NCBI GenBank assembly: GCA_012295275.1
Contig: CM022674.1
Location: 2,790,001 to 2,854,000 of the forward strand
DNA: 64,000 bases
Reading direction: 5' to 3'
Source of the DNA: Chrysomallon squamiferum
Taxonomy: Eukaryota > Animalia > Mollusca
The notes under the pieces are model-generated. The model searched no databases. It worked only from the letters and a program-made list of their open reading frames with translations, and was not told the DNA's origin. Of this stretch, positions 31,384-44,593 are shown in pieces. Every line of letters starts with the position of its first letter. The stretch's first letter is position 1. The translations under genes were made by a program, and so were the position numbers.

Positions 31384-33499
31384 AAAGAGATTAATATCTG
31401 TTTACATGACGTAATATGATTGTCGTGACGTCATCTTCTCATTCAGCATGACTTTTTTTTTTGTATTAAAATATTTAGTTAATTTTACATAAAGAAACAG
31501 AAGAATGCGAACGTGAAACTTTAGTTTTGTCGAATTGAAGAAGAAAAAAAAAGAAATAAGAAAGAAAAAGAAAAACTCAAATAATGAGTATTGTGTATTA
31601 TAAAAATATTCGAAATGAGAATTTCTGTAAATTGTTATTCCTCATTTTCTTGCTCTTCTTGGTATTTTCCATCTTTTTTTTTCTAATTCAGATTTCTTTG
31701 AATTCAAAATTTGTTCCTTTAAAACATATTTATCTACTTTTTTTTCTTCGATTCTTCTGTTCTCTTTTCATTTTTATACCTCTTTCTTTTCCTTTTATTT
31801 AAAAAAAAAAAAAAAAAAAAAAAATTCTCCCCTTTCCTTCATCTTTATTTTATAATTTTGGATAATTTAAATTCTAATTTGTTCTTTGCTTTCTCTTTTT
31901 GCTTCTTCTTCTTTTTCTGTTCTTTCGTGGGGAAAAAAAAAAATATCGGTATTGGCGACAGAATGTTTTAATCAGTGTCAAGATTTGCCGATAATTCTTT
32001 TGTTGCGTTTTCTTTTTCAAATGGACTCATTTATGGAGAGAGAGAGAGATTTTCTTTTTTTTTTTCCTTTTTTCCTTTCTTGCTTTTTGTTCTTCCTTAT
32101 CTCTTTTATTCTATTTTACTTCTTTCTTTCCTTTTTTTTCTTTTGCAAATGAAGTATTCGTGTTGCAAGATCGATTCTCTGGAAAAAAAAAATGTAACAG
32201 TTTCAGAATCATGGCGTTAGCAGCAACAAAAGATTAGCGGCTGTTGTCGTGATGGTGTTGATAGTAGTAAATGCTGTTGTAGTAGTAGCGGATGCTGATA
32301 GCAGACTTTTCGTTGCAATCAAGGAAGACATTTTTCATTTACGTTGCTGCTGCTCTTGGTTTCTCGCTGTTTTTATTTTTTTTTTTTACTCTTTTTATTG
32401 TATATTTTATCTCATCTTTCTCTTTCGTCAAAATCAAATAGGTGTTCTCTAATTATACCTTTTAGCGAAAACAAATTACCTCCTTCATCCAGAACGAGAT
32501 TTCATTATAACTTACGGTATTTCATAATAACAATTCCCTTTGAAAAAAAAAAAAATAATAATAATAAAATAAAAAATATGTTATTATCGCCCATTTTACA
32601 CCCACCTAATTATTGATGTCCAAACCTTTCTACGTCGTGCGCTCGCCTACACATTTCTTAACTAACACCAGTCTAGTTTGTCTAGGTTATTTTCTTATGA
32701 CGAATATACTGATTTACTGTACTGCATAACGTCAAGTACAGGCGTCATTAGATGTTCACGTGCCACGTGATAATATATCTTGAATCTTTTTTGTTGTTAG
32801 GATGGAAGTAAAGCGAGTTGCAAGTGACTGGAAGAAGGGGAGGGATGCTTAATGTCCAGTAATGGTTTATATAAAATTTAAAATTCAACTGTGGTTACTG
32901 TTGATTCATACGGATAGAGAAATACATGAATGTAATTAAAAACATGCATACATACACATAAAAAATAAAAATAAAAAAATCATACGTATTACATAGGTAG
33001 ACAACAGATAATCTCACACACAGATAGAAAACGTAATTATATACACAAATTCGCTCAGAAACAGAAATATACACAGAATTCTACTTACGTAATTACAGAC
33101 ACACATATGCACGCTACTGTTTTTATAGTTAATACTGTTTTCAACTCTTTCGTTGGTACCGTAATTAATCGTACCATTCGACTGAGATCGTCTATCACGT
33201 GATAGGGAGCATATTCAAAACGTCGCACGCGCAACTGCATAAACTTCATACCTTAGTTCTATTTCAGATATATGAACTGTTATTCCGTATTTACTAGTCC
33301 GTGATTAATAGTTCGATTTAAAAAAATATGCGCTTTTAACACGTAGCGTTGTAGTTACGAAAATTTGAATAACCCAAGTTTAAATCAAATTCGCTAACGC
33401 TTTAGGACTGTCGTATTGTAACTGGATCTCTTGACTTTTTGAAAAGTGAACGTTTTTTCTTCCAGATCTTGAGACGCGAATATCATGTTAGTTCCATGA

Positions 33500-33660
33500 A
33501 CGTTTCGACTTGTCGACGTTTTAACAAAGATCTGTCGACATTTTGATATGTTGACATTTTTAACCAGAACTTTCGATGTTTTGATATCTTCACTATTTTA
33601 TCCACAGCTTCTGTCCTTTGATATTTTTTAACCAGGTTGGTCGACATTTCAAAATGTTTA
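33500..33660. repeat. Degenerate short tandem array of TCGAC(G/A)TTTT-type units
   Basis: TGTCGACGTTTTAAC, TGTCGACATTTTGAT, GTTGACATTTTTAACC, TTCGATGTTTTGAT, TTGATATTTTTTAACC and GTCGACATTTC occur in succession. Confidence 0.7.
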
Positions 33661-35329
33661 CCTCGTAACCGAATTTATTTTTACAGTGAGACACGTGAAC
33701 AGTTTCACGGAAATTAGATGACGTTTTGACTTTTCTATACTTCAGCGCCAAAAAAATCAATACAATTATATAACCGTACAGAAACCCAGCAATAACTTGA
33801 AAAGGAGGTGTTCGTCAACGTGCTTTATGTAAATTAACTAGCGTATAGATAGCGCAATGATCTTTACTTTAATATATCTAGATGTTGAGCCCAAGGAGAT
33901 ACAAATCCAAATACTTTCGCTTTTATTTCGGGAGGCTTAACCGCAATAACGTAGCTGCTGGCTTTGTGAACATTGCCTCAAGGCCACGTCCGATTAATCC
34001 ATTTTTAAATACAGTTAATATGGCCTGAATTTTACTAAACATTTTGAAAAAAAAGCTGATTAAATTTAAACATTATCTTCAGTGTTTAAATACTGGATTA
34101 AGCTTAATAATAATAATAAAAAAAAATGTAAGAGAGAAAAAAAAAAGGTTTCTGACATAAAATCGAAAACTGTCATTTGTAACAAACATTTAATGAGAAT
34201 ATATCTCGGAAAATAATAATAATAAATGAAAGGAAAAACAAATTTAAAAAAAAAAGGAATTAATTCCTCTTTTGACCTTCGTATTACCTCAGATCTTTGG
34301 AAGCAATACCACATCTTCTTATTTTTATTTTTATTTTTATTTTTTTTTTCATTCGATAATGAATTTCATAAGACGAAACATCTGCCCAAAAGCTTGTCAT
34401 TAATTTTCATCCCTTGAAAAATAAAAAATAATTTTAAAAAAAGAAGAAGAAGAAAGTCTGCATCTTTTAAATTAGGAAGTACAGAAGACGGCAAATTACA
34501 AAATTTCAATCACCTTAGGCGATGTGATTAAATTTAATTTTTTTTTTAAAATTTAACTTTATTTTTTACGTTTCTTTCTTTAAACTGACTTCATGTGTAA
34601 TAAAACTAAAAAAAAAAAATAAAAAAAATAATAATAATAATAAAGAGAGCAGAGACAATCAGGAAGAAAGACACAGAGAGACAGAAAAAACGATCTACCT
34701 ACACAGACAAAAAGTGTATGAGAGAGAGAGAGAAAATGTTAAAATAATTATCTAATGAGAAAAAGGAACAGTCAATAAAAGGCAGAGACAAATTGATAGA
34801 CGGAAAGACAAACAGACAGTCACTTCAATTTATTGAAATATTATTGCAGAGAAAAAGATTTCTCCCAAAAAAATACTGAAAATACTTAAGTACTGAACAT
34901 ATAAATAAATAAATAAACAAACAAACAAACAAACAAACAAACAAACAAACAAAAACAAACAAACAAAAACAAACAAACAAACAAACAAACAAATAAATAA
35001 ATAAATAAATACAAATTTCTAAAGTTCCTAATAATGTTTCTTTTACTTGGAAATAATTCCAAAATTTGTACCGTAAATGTTATTCTTAAATACATCCATT
35101 TCTTATATATATATATTATAACTACTGCATACTGCTTTAACATTATTCGTTAAGTCAATCTATTTTTTTTTTTTTTAACTATTAAAAATAACTTCTGTTT
35201 AATAACAGAAAAACGCAATTATTGATATTGACATTGATTAATTGGTAATTGATTATTTGCGGAAACCCGATTAAATTTCGTCTACGATAAAAACAGGTGG
35301 TCTGTGGGTTTGTGCGTCTTTTGGGCACG

Positions 35330-35524
35330 GCTCCCGACTGCAGCCAATCAGACGACAAGGACAGATCACGTGATTTATTCCCAGAGGCTGTGAAAAGTAA
35401 TTGTATTTGATTGGCATCTTGTCGCTTAATGGCAATCACTGGCTTTTACCTCATTTTTTTCTCTCTCTCTCTTAAGAATCCAGCCTCCTTGAATAACACT
35501 GTGAGACTGACATCTGAGGTAAGA
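35330..35524 (+). promoter_or_regulatory. Candidate promoter (two CCAAT boxes and an E-box) followed by a splice donor
   Basis: AGCCAATCAG (CCAAT 35344-35348), TCACGTGA (35366-35373), TGATTGGC (ATTGG 35410-35414), then GAG|GTAAGA at 35518/35519. Motif evidence only. Confidence 0.35.
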
Positions 35525-35632
35525 CGTTTATAGAAAAAAAAATTGTTAGTAATTAAATTTCACTTCATCATCGAGCGCAGTGTGTATTTCTAACTGAAAA
35601 AAAAGTGCTGCTTTTCATATTCATAATATGTA

Positions 35633-35729
<97 letters not shown>

Positions 35730-37738
35730 GACGTAAACGATGAAGACGATGGTTACAACAACAACAATCATCATCATCATCATCATCATCATCCTTGTCA
35801 TCCCTATGCTTCATCAATAACAAATCTTTATTAAGAAAATATTTTGGCTGTGGTTATTAAAACAGGGTTGTACGGGTTACAAAAAAACGGTCGTAACTGG
35901 AAACGTTAATAATACTCAGTGTTAACGACATGCGGTTCCAATTACGTACAACCACGTACAGTATATATTTTTTTTACTGTTTATGATCATCCTCCGTTAT
36001 CATCATATATCATTTGATCGTTTTGGCATTATCATGTCTCGTTTAAATCATAAGATGTTCCCCTCCCACGTTTATTAAATGTTACACTTTAAATATTCCG
36101 CAAATCGCAAATCGCAAAACGTCTCAGAATGATTAACGAATCCCGTCGCTAAACTTTCTCATATTATTTAAATATCCCGCCGTTTGTAGACCGTTAACAT
36201 TTTCTGGTTGATAGTAAATATCCAGCCGTTGTTGGTACTGTATGTATTTTTTATTATTATGTATATTATTGTAAATCTACCATCATGCAATATGATTTGT
36301 TGTATGTAAATATCCTCATTCGCCGTAGACTTCGGTAAGACTATAATGAAGTTCAGTTCAGTTCAGTTCAGTTCAGTTCAGTCGACTTTCACGCACTTCA
36401 AGTCAAAAACGAGATTTATGATTCTTCAAAGTCCTGTTTTGAATACTTCTTCTTCTCTCAAGTTCTAACAAAAAGCCATTTCTGCTACAGATTAGCGGGT
36501 TTCAGCTCTAGTGTTAGATAATAATCTGGTTTAAAGATTCCTACTCTCAATGGAAATTCTGACGAAGCAACGAAAACCCAGAGGTGCGAGTGAAAGGCGA
36601 AAAATACCGAACGACGTGTTGATGGATTCGGAAATATTTGAAACGTCATTAATGTCCTTTTCTGTTTCATACGTTTATTCATCTCGCTTTATCCTTCAGG
36701 GAGCAGATGTCTAGACTGCACAGGGATGCTCAAATAGAAGCTTGTCATAACTGGACATTACTTGTATTTTAACATTTCACTGATGATGGATTTATTTAAA
36801 AAAATAATGTAGATGTCGGTGTTGAGCTTCCAGCAGTGAACTCGACATTGAATGAAAATAACAGCAAATAAAATGAATGGAAATGAAATGAAATGAAATG
36901 AAATAAAATAAAATAAAATAAAATAAATTAGAATAAAATAAAATAAAATAAGTTTGATGTTCAGTTTTATTATCATGATATGTATGTATGTCTCTGTGTG
37001 TGTCTGTGTGTGAGTTTTACGTGTGAGTGAGTGAGTGATGCATTCATGCGTGTGAATCTAAGTATGTAATAAACCATACTGTCTTAGTGGCATAGCGCCT
37101 AAGACTATTCCTGGATACGTATATAATTAGAAACAATACCATAATTTTCCTAACAAAAATGTCTTTTCTTTCTTTTATTTATTCGTTCGTGTTTTACTGT
37201 GCAATTTTTCACCATTAGATAACGAACAGAAAAGAAAAAAAAAAGTCAAAAAATATCATCGCATGTTTCAAAAGTAACTAATTTCAATCAGTGTTCATCA
37301 CATGCCTATAATTACATATAATAAATCGGACCTGCGAATGATATAAAAATCACATTAACAATACCTCGTTAACCTTTGTTTAACCCTAGTTAATCAGCAA
37401 GCTAACAACACAAATCAGGAGAATCAGATTCACTGACATAATGAAAGATGCTTCTCTCTTTGTCTGATTTCGTAACGACGTAATGAAAGGAATCTTCCAA
37501 ACAGACTGCGACGTTGTCATGGATATCCAGTGGTATGAAAGACACGCTGTTGAATAACGTGGACAAGAATGTTGGCACGTATTGAAACAGTGAAATGTGT
37601 TTTTGTATTCCACATGCAGCCATTTCTAAAAAAATGACGCTCTTGACATTTTTTTTAGTAATGTGACGAAAATTTAATGACGTCGAAAACCGGAACGATT
37701 GACGAATACGTTCCATGGGTATTACGACTGTGGGGAGC

Positions 37739-37754
37739 TCGGTAGAGGGCGCTG
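37739..37754 (+). promoter_or_regulatory. CTCF-like core motif
   Basis: TCGGTAGAGGGCGCTG closely matches the CCRSYAGRKGGCRC core, with a mismatch at position 1. Confidence 0.4.
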
Positions 37755-37888
37755 CAACGTTTGCATATTTGGGCAAAAGATAATAAAATCAAGACGATTG
37801 GTTTTATTTTTGTTATCAGCGCAAAATTTCGTGCCTTGTCTGACTTCATCCCAAAGCAAACAGCCCAAACACGTCCAAGTCACCTCTG

Positions 37889-37923
<35 letters not shown>

Positions 37924-39841
37924 TAATGATTAATTAACATCAAGTGCCAAGAAAATAGTCATGAGTATCTTCTTTATTATTATTATTATTATAGTTATTA
38001 TTATTATTGTTATTATTATGATTATTATTATTATTACTATTATTATTATTATTATTATTATATATAATTCTCGTTGCCCTTAGTGAATACGTTGTACATT
38101 TTTCCTTTCCTTGTTTTCATTACTTTCTGAATTAGCTATATTATGTGCAAACATCATTTCTGTTGTGACGTCATTTCCTCTGGGCTTTAGTGGGCCGAGC
38201 TGTTCTAAATACACACAATAAAACCGGTCTTTATCGAAAAACAAAAAAAACAAAACAAAAAAACAACAACAAAAAAAAGAATATATTCATCTCATTTTTC
38301 TTTATTCTAAAAAAAAACAAAACATTAAATAATCTGGACACCGCTTGAAAACCATAGCTTTATCTGAAAATGTTACAGTCATCGCCAAAAATTAAAAAAA
38401 AAAAAATTTTAATTTTGTTTTTAAAATACGTCTCTTTTTTTCTGTTATTCTATAACAGGCACATATGTAGCCTGAACACCGCTTTAAACAACCGCGGCTT
38501 TTGTCTGAAAATGTTACGTCTGCCCATTAGCGGGTTATCGTTGTGACAAACGCACGTGATTTAAGCGTATTTGACAGTTACCACTGTTACGTCACGTCTC
38601 TTTGTCCCAGACCCGGTTCATCGATTGAAAACATTTCATAACGCACGTTTGACTGTCAGTCGTGACGAAGATAAAGGGCACAGAATCACGTAATTCACGT
38701 AAATCCGAAACTGTTGTATTCTGAAGTTGTAACGTAGAAAAATGTTTTCTGTTGCTACGACTACTACTACTACTGCTGCTACTCTACAACTACTACTACT
38801 ACTACTACTCCTACTCTACAACAACAACTACTACTACTACTGCTACTCTACAACTACTACTACTGCTACTCTACAATTACTACTACTACTACCACTAGTA
38901 CTGCTGTATTACTACTACTACTACTACTACTTCTTTTACTACTAGTAGTAGTAGCAGTGGTAGCAGCATTACATATGGTCATAGTGTGATTAGTACCAGC
39001 AGTACTTGTAGCAGATGTAGTAGTAATAGTAGTAGAAGTTGTAGTAGGTGTAAAAGTAGAAGTTGTAGTTGTTGCAATAGCAGTACTGGAATACAGAATG
39101 AAACAAAGATCTGATGTTGGTATTTTTGGATGAACGTGTGTGTGCGTGTGTGTGTGTGTGTGTGTTTGTAACTTAAAAGTACAGATGACGTTAGGTTACC
39201 CATCCCTCAAAAATGTAAACGACAAAAAATAAATCAAGGAATTATTTTCGGTCGAGTAGATGAAAAATGAGTGGAAGGATTTGTGGAAATTCTGTAAATT
39301 AACACATTTCGCTTTCGCGTGTGTTGATGTCAAAACTACATTACACAGAGACTTTCTAGAAGAAAAAAAAAGAAATAAAAAACCTCTGCTTTTTCTAGCT
39401 TCATTAAATCAGAGTGAGGAAAACTGCAATGGACCGTTATTCTAATTATTAACCGCTGACATCATCGTAATGAAAAAAAAGGGTGTATTAAAGGACGACT
39501 TCGTAAAAATTATCATGTTTTAATTGCTGACATGATCTTCAAGGGAGCATATGTTAAAGTATGACCTTATATTCAATATTACGTAATAAACATAAAACAT
39601 TTTTTTTTTTATTATTACAGTTAGTAAATATTACGAGATGACATCACACCAGGGACAAAAATTAACTTTAAATGATGACGTCATCGTACGCTATAACAAA
39701 ACATCACAATCAAATCCGTTGTGTCATCTATGTGATAAACTTTAAAAATTTAAATGAAACTGTCCTTTGTTTACAATAAACTATATTTCCATTTTGAGTA
39801 TGGTCTCAAGAAACCCATTGCAAAATGTCACAAGATGTAAG

Positions 39842-40049
<208 letters not shown>

Positions 40050-40367
40050 AGGAGGAAATCTGCATTCTACATCATTAGATTCATGCTAGGAAAATTCGAA
40101 ATGAACCGTTATTTGTCTGCCTAGCAGAAAACATTCGTTTATGATGTAATCTAATTAGAATCTATCGAACGCCTTATTTTTTTAAACTTTTTATTTAACT
40201 GAGGCTGGATTTTTAAAGTATATATGTGTAATAAAGTTTTGTATTTTGACATTTATGTCTGTTTGTTTTTCGATCTTGAAGTAATAATTTTTGGATTTAT
40301 TACTAATTTTTAGAAAATAAATTTTAAAGAGACAAGAAGAAAGTGAAAATAAATAAATAAATAAATA

Positions 40368-40850
40368 ATGACGTTATACCAAATACTACACGTTAACCAG
40401 TGACGTTATACTAAGTACTACACATTAACCAGTGACGTTATACTAAACACTACACATTAAACAATGACGTTATAATAAGTACTACACATTAACCAGTGAC
40501 GTTATACTAAATATCACACATTAAACAATGACGTTATACTAAATACTACACATTAAACAATGACGTTATAATAAGTACTACACATTAACCAGTGACGTTA
40601 TACTAAATATCACACATTAAACAATGACGTTATACTAAATACTACACATTAAACTGTGACGTTAGACTGAATACTACCCATTAAACAATGACGTTATACT
40701 GCATACTACACATTAAACAATGACGTTATACTAAACACCACACATTAAACAATGACGTTATACTAAATACTACACATCAAACAATGACGTTTTACTGAAT
40801 ACTCGCACTAAAAGAAACGGCGTTATACGGAATCCTGCACATTAAATCTC
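40368..40850. repeat. Minisatellite, 32-bp unit x ~15 with a 96-bp higher-order duplication
   Basis: TGACGTTATACTAAATACTACACATTAAACAA recurs at 40401, 40433, 40465 and onward. The variant order (ATAAGT, TATCAC, standard) repeats at ~40474 and ~40570. Confidence 0.96.
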
Positions 40851-40869
40851 GAAACTAAACTACACGCAG

Positions 40870-41126
40870 CATTGTTAAAAGAATACAATATAACAGCATA
40901 CGCAACACTACAAGTTAAACAACAGTACCATACAACACTACTGCATCACTGCATTATGTTGAAAGAATACGATATACCAGCATACGCAACACTACAAGTT
41001 AAACAACAGTACCATACAACACTACTGCATCACTGCATTATGTTGAAAGAATACGATATACCAGCATACGCAACACTACAAGTTAAACAACAGTACCATG
41101 CAACACTACTGCATCACTGCATTGTA
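40870..41126. repeat. Tandem repeat, 84-bp unit x 3
   Basis: TGTTGAAAGAATACGATATACCAGCATACGCAACACTACAAGTTAAACAACAGTACCATACAACACTACTGCATCACTGCATTA x3; the ORF at 40872-41129 is a 28-aa repeat. Confidence 0.96.
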
Positions 41127-42535
41127 TGACACAGCAAACAAGCCAATGCGAACGCATCGCAGCAACTGAGCCATTTAGAACTCTGCCACTGCGGCCTGTT
41201 TGGTTTTTTTGATAGACTTCAGACTGCTAAATCGCGTAGGTCTCGCCAGCCATTGATTAATCCGACCACTCAAATCTTCAAGCTCGACCGTGGCACACAA
41301 AATCGAGTCGACTATGGAGGATAGTATCGCGAAGTGCCGCAATGCAACAATGCAAATTTCAGGTAGGCACTTTTTAACTGCTATCTGTTTCTTCTCGTGG
41401 TTATTTTTGTGCGCACCTGTTTTATCTGAATTAGAAACGACAAGGTTTTTGGGTTTTTTTTTTTTTTTTCTAGGGTTTATCTTATAAATCTTTTTTTGTT
41501 AATTTATCGTGGTCTTTTTTTTTTTTTTTACTGTTATTTGCTTATGTTCTGATAAAATAATGCTTGACTCTGATAGAGGTATATTATTTGGATAGTTTCT
41601 TAGTTCGCGTTTTTACGGCATCTTGTTCATTCATTACCGAATACTCAGGTACACGATTTTAAATCTATTTAAGCAGTGTATTTTAGTGATACTAAATACT
41701 ACACATTAAAAAAAAAATTTGGTATTATACCGAATACTGCGTCGTAAATCTTGAAATTAAACTACATACAATATGTAGTGGATATATTATATGCATAATT
41801 TGTAATTCTGAACGCATTCTTTAATGTTTATCTCTCATTCCTGATTGATAATGATTGCTCGTTTTGTTTTTTTGTTTTTTTTTTTGTTTTTTGGGGATGT
41901 TTGAATAACTAGGCAATAGAAGTTGTTGGTGAATAGATACTCTACAGAAAGGAGAAAACATTTTACACATGTTATATAAAATTCCTTTCGATATTTGTGT
42001 TGGAAAAAAATATTTCATTTTCTCTTTTTCTTTCTTCTTCATCGTTTTTTTTCTTCTGCTTCATCATCATCATCATCATCATCTTCTTCAGTATGTTCTT
42101 GATTTTTCTTAATCAACATCATCATCATCAAAATCATCATCATCATTGTCTTCTACTTCTCCTCATTCTTCTTTTTCTTCTTCGTATCACTATAAACCAG
42201 TTTATCTTGCGTCAAAGCACGCCGTTCGTGGGTTGACAATGGTGGTAGTCTGTTGAATACTAAGAATGGTTGTTTTTAATGCACTACATCGCTTTCTTCG
42301 ACAGTTAATAATTTATTTTGTTTCCGAATGGAAGTTAACACTCCGCTAATTGCTCACAAGGGATCCCGTTTGCTTCATGTCTGAATAAAAAAAAAGAATA
42401 CTGCAAGAGCTTAGGAAAACAAAACAAAAAAAAATGTTCATTGGTTATTCACAATAACATCCTTTTCTTCTTCTTTTATTTTTATCTGTTATTATTCTTT
42501 TTCTTCTTCTTCTTCTTCTTCTTCTTCTTCTTCTT

Positions 42536-42566
<31 letters not shown>

Positions 42567-42845
42567 TTATTCTTATTATTCTTATTATTTTTTTTTATTA
42601 TTTTTTTTTTATTATATATTTTTTTTTACCTCAATATTAATTCACGAAGATAAAGACCTATCTTTTTAGTGCATAGTTTTTGGATGTACGTATGTCTATG
42701 CATGTTTCTATGTATGTACATTATGTATGTATGTACGTATACTTGTATGTATGTATAATAATTATAGTTATTAGTACTTAGCTTGTGAGATTTATAACCC
42801 TTTTAAGTTTCCAAGCGTTCAGTTTCCATGAAACCAACTATTTGC

Positions 42846-42891
<46 letters not shown>

Positions 42892-42942
42892 TCCATCTCT
42901 CCAGTCTCTGTGTGTGTGTCTGTCTGTGTGTGTGTGTCTCTT

Positions 42943-43049
<107 letters not shown>

Positions 43050-43270
43050 TATTATTATTACTATTATTATTATTATTGTTATAAATATTTGATTTCGCTA
43101 ACGGTTAAAGTTACAACAGGTGTGTTGTCAATGACTTCATTTTTAATGATTCGTTCATCTTTTTTATTATTCGTTCATCTTTTAGGTTTCTTTTTTTTGT
43201 TAATTAAGATGAATACATAAAAAAAAAATTGAAAGGAACAGGGTGACTGTAAAAACATAAAAACAAAGTG

Positions 43271-43363
<93 letters not shown>

Positions 43364-43497
43364 AAAGATAGAAACAGAGGTACAGAGAAAGAAAAAGAAA
43401 GAGATAAAGAGCGAACTACAGAGAGAGAAAGATAAAGAAAAATAGATATACAAAGGTAGAAAAAAAAGAGAGAGATATAGAGAGAAAGAGCGAGTTA

Positions 43498-43638
<141 letters not shown>

Positions 43639-44177
43639 AGAGAGAAATAGAGGGGAGGATCAAAGGCATGTAGCTTTATCCACGGCCACTGAAAGAAATA
43701 TACACAGAGATAAAGCCCAATAAACCAGCCTGTCTTTCAGTTTGTCTATCTCTATTTATCTACATGTCTACGTAGCTCTCTGCCTTCTATCTACATATTT
43801 AAACATTGTTTGCTGTATCTGTCTGTGTCAGGGTGTGTCTGCTGATGTTCTGCAATAAGCAACTGTGACACCCGAGACGGGAAAGCGAGTCTATGTGTGT
43901 CACTAACAGAGACATTCAGACAGCAGATATTATTACTATTCCCCATCGAATGTGACAACAGAGTTAGTGAGTTAATTTTATCGACTCCGATCAAGCCCCC
44001 GACAGCGCGTTCAAAGGACACTGAACAGTGACGCTGAATTCGTTGAGTATCTCATCTGATTACGTTCTGGATTCATAACAGAACGAATAACAGAGTCGCA
44101 GTTACTTGTTATCATGAGTGCCTTCACTTGTAAAATGTTGTTATAACATTACGGCGTGTGTACATGTTTGTACGTGT

Positions 44178-44231
<54 letters not shown>

Positions 44232-44524
44232 ATGTATTATTATTATTATTATAAAATCATTAAAGATTATTATCATAATATTACAGAATTATTATGATAT
44301 TACTATAGACATTATTCTATTATAACATTAAAAATATTACTTCTATTATACAGTCAAAATTCTGTCTAAAAACTAATATTATTTTCTTTTTTATTCTTGT
44401 ATTGATTCTTTTTCAATTTCTTTCTTTTTTTCTTTTTTCTTTTGTTCTTTTTCTTTTCATTTTTTTAATTTATCTACTTATCTATTTATTTGTTTTGTTA
44501 TTGTTTTGGCTATAAGCAAACAAA

Positions 44525-44593
<69 letters not shown>

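Noticed and set aside
37402-37776. 124-aa non-repetitive ORF on the - strand
   Set aside because: No recognisable motif, non-ATG start, and overlapping ORFs in other frames; compatible with chance.
40368-41126. Regular 32-bp repeats as a CRISPR-like array
   Set aside because: Units are head-to-tail with no unique spacers, there are no cas genes, and the context is eukaryotic.
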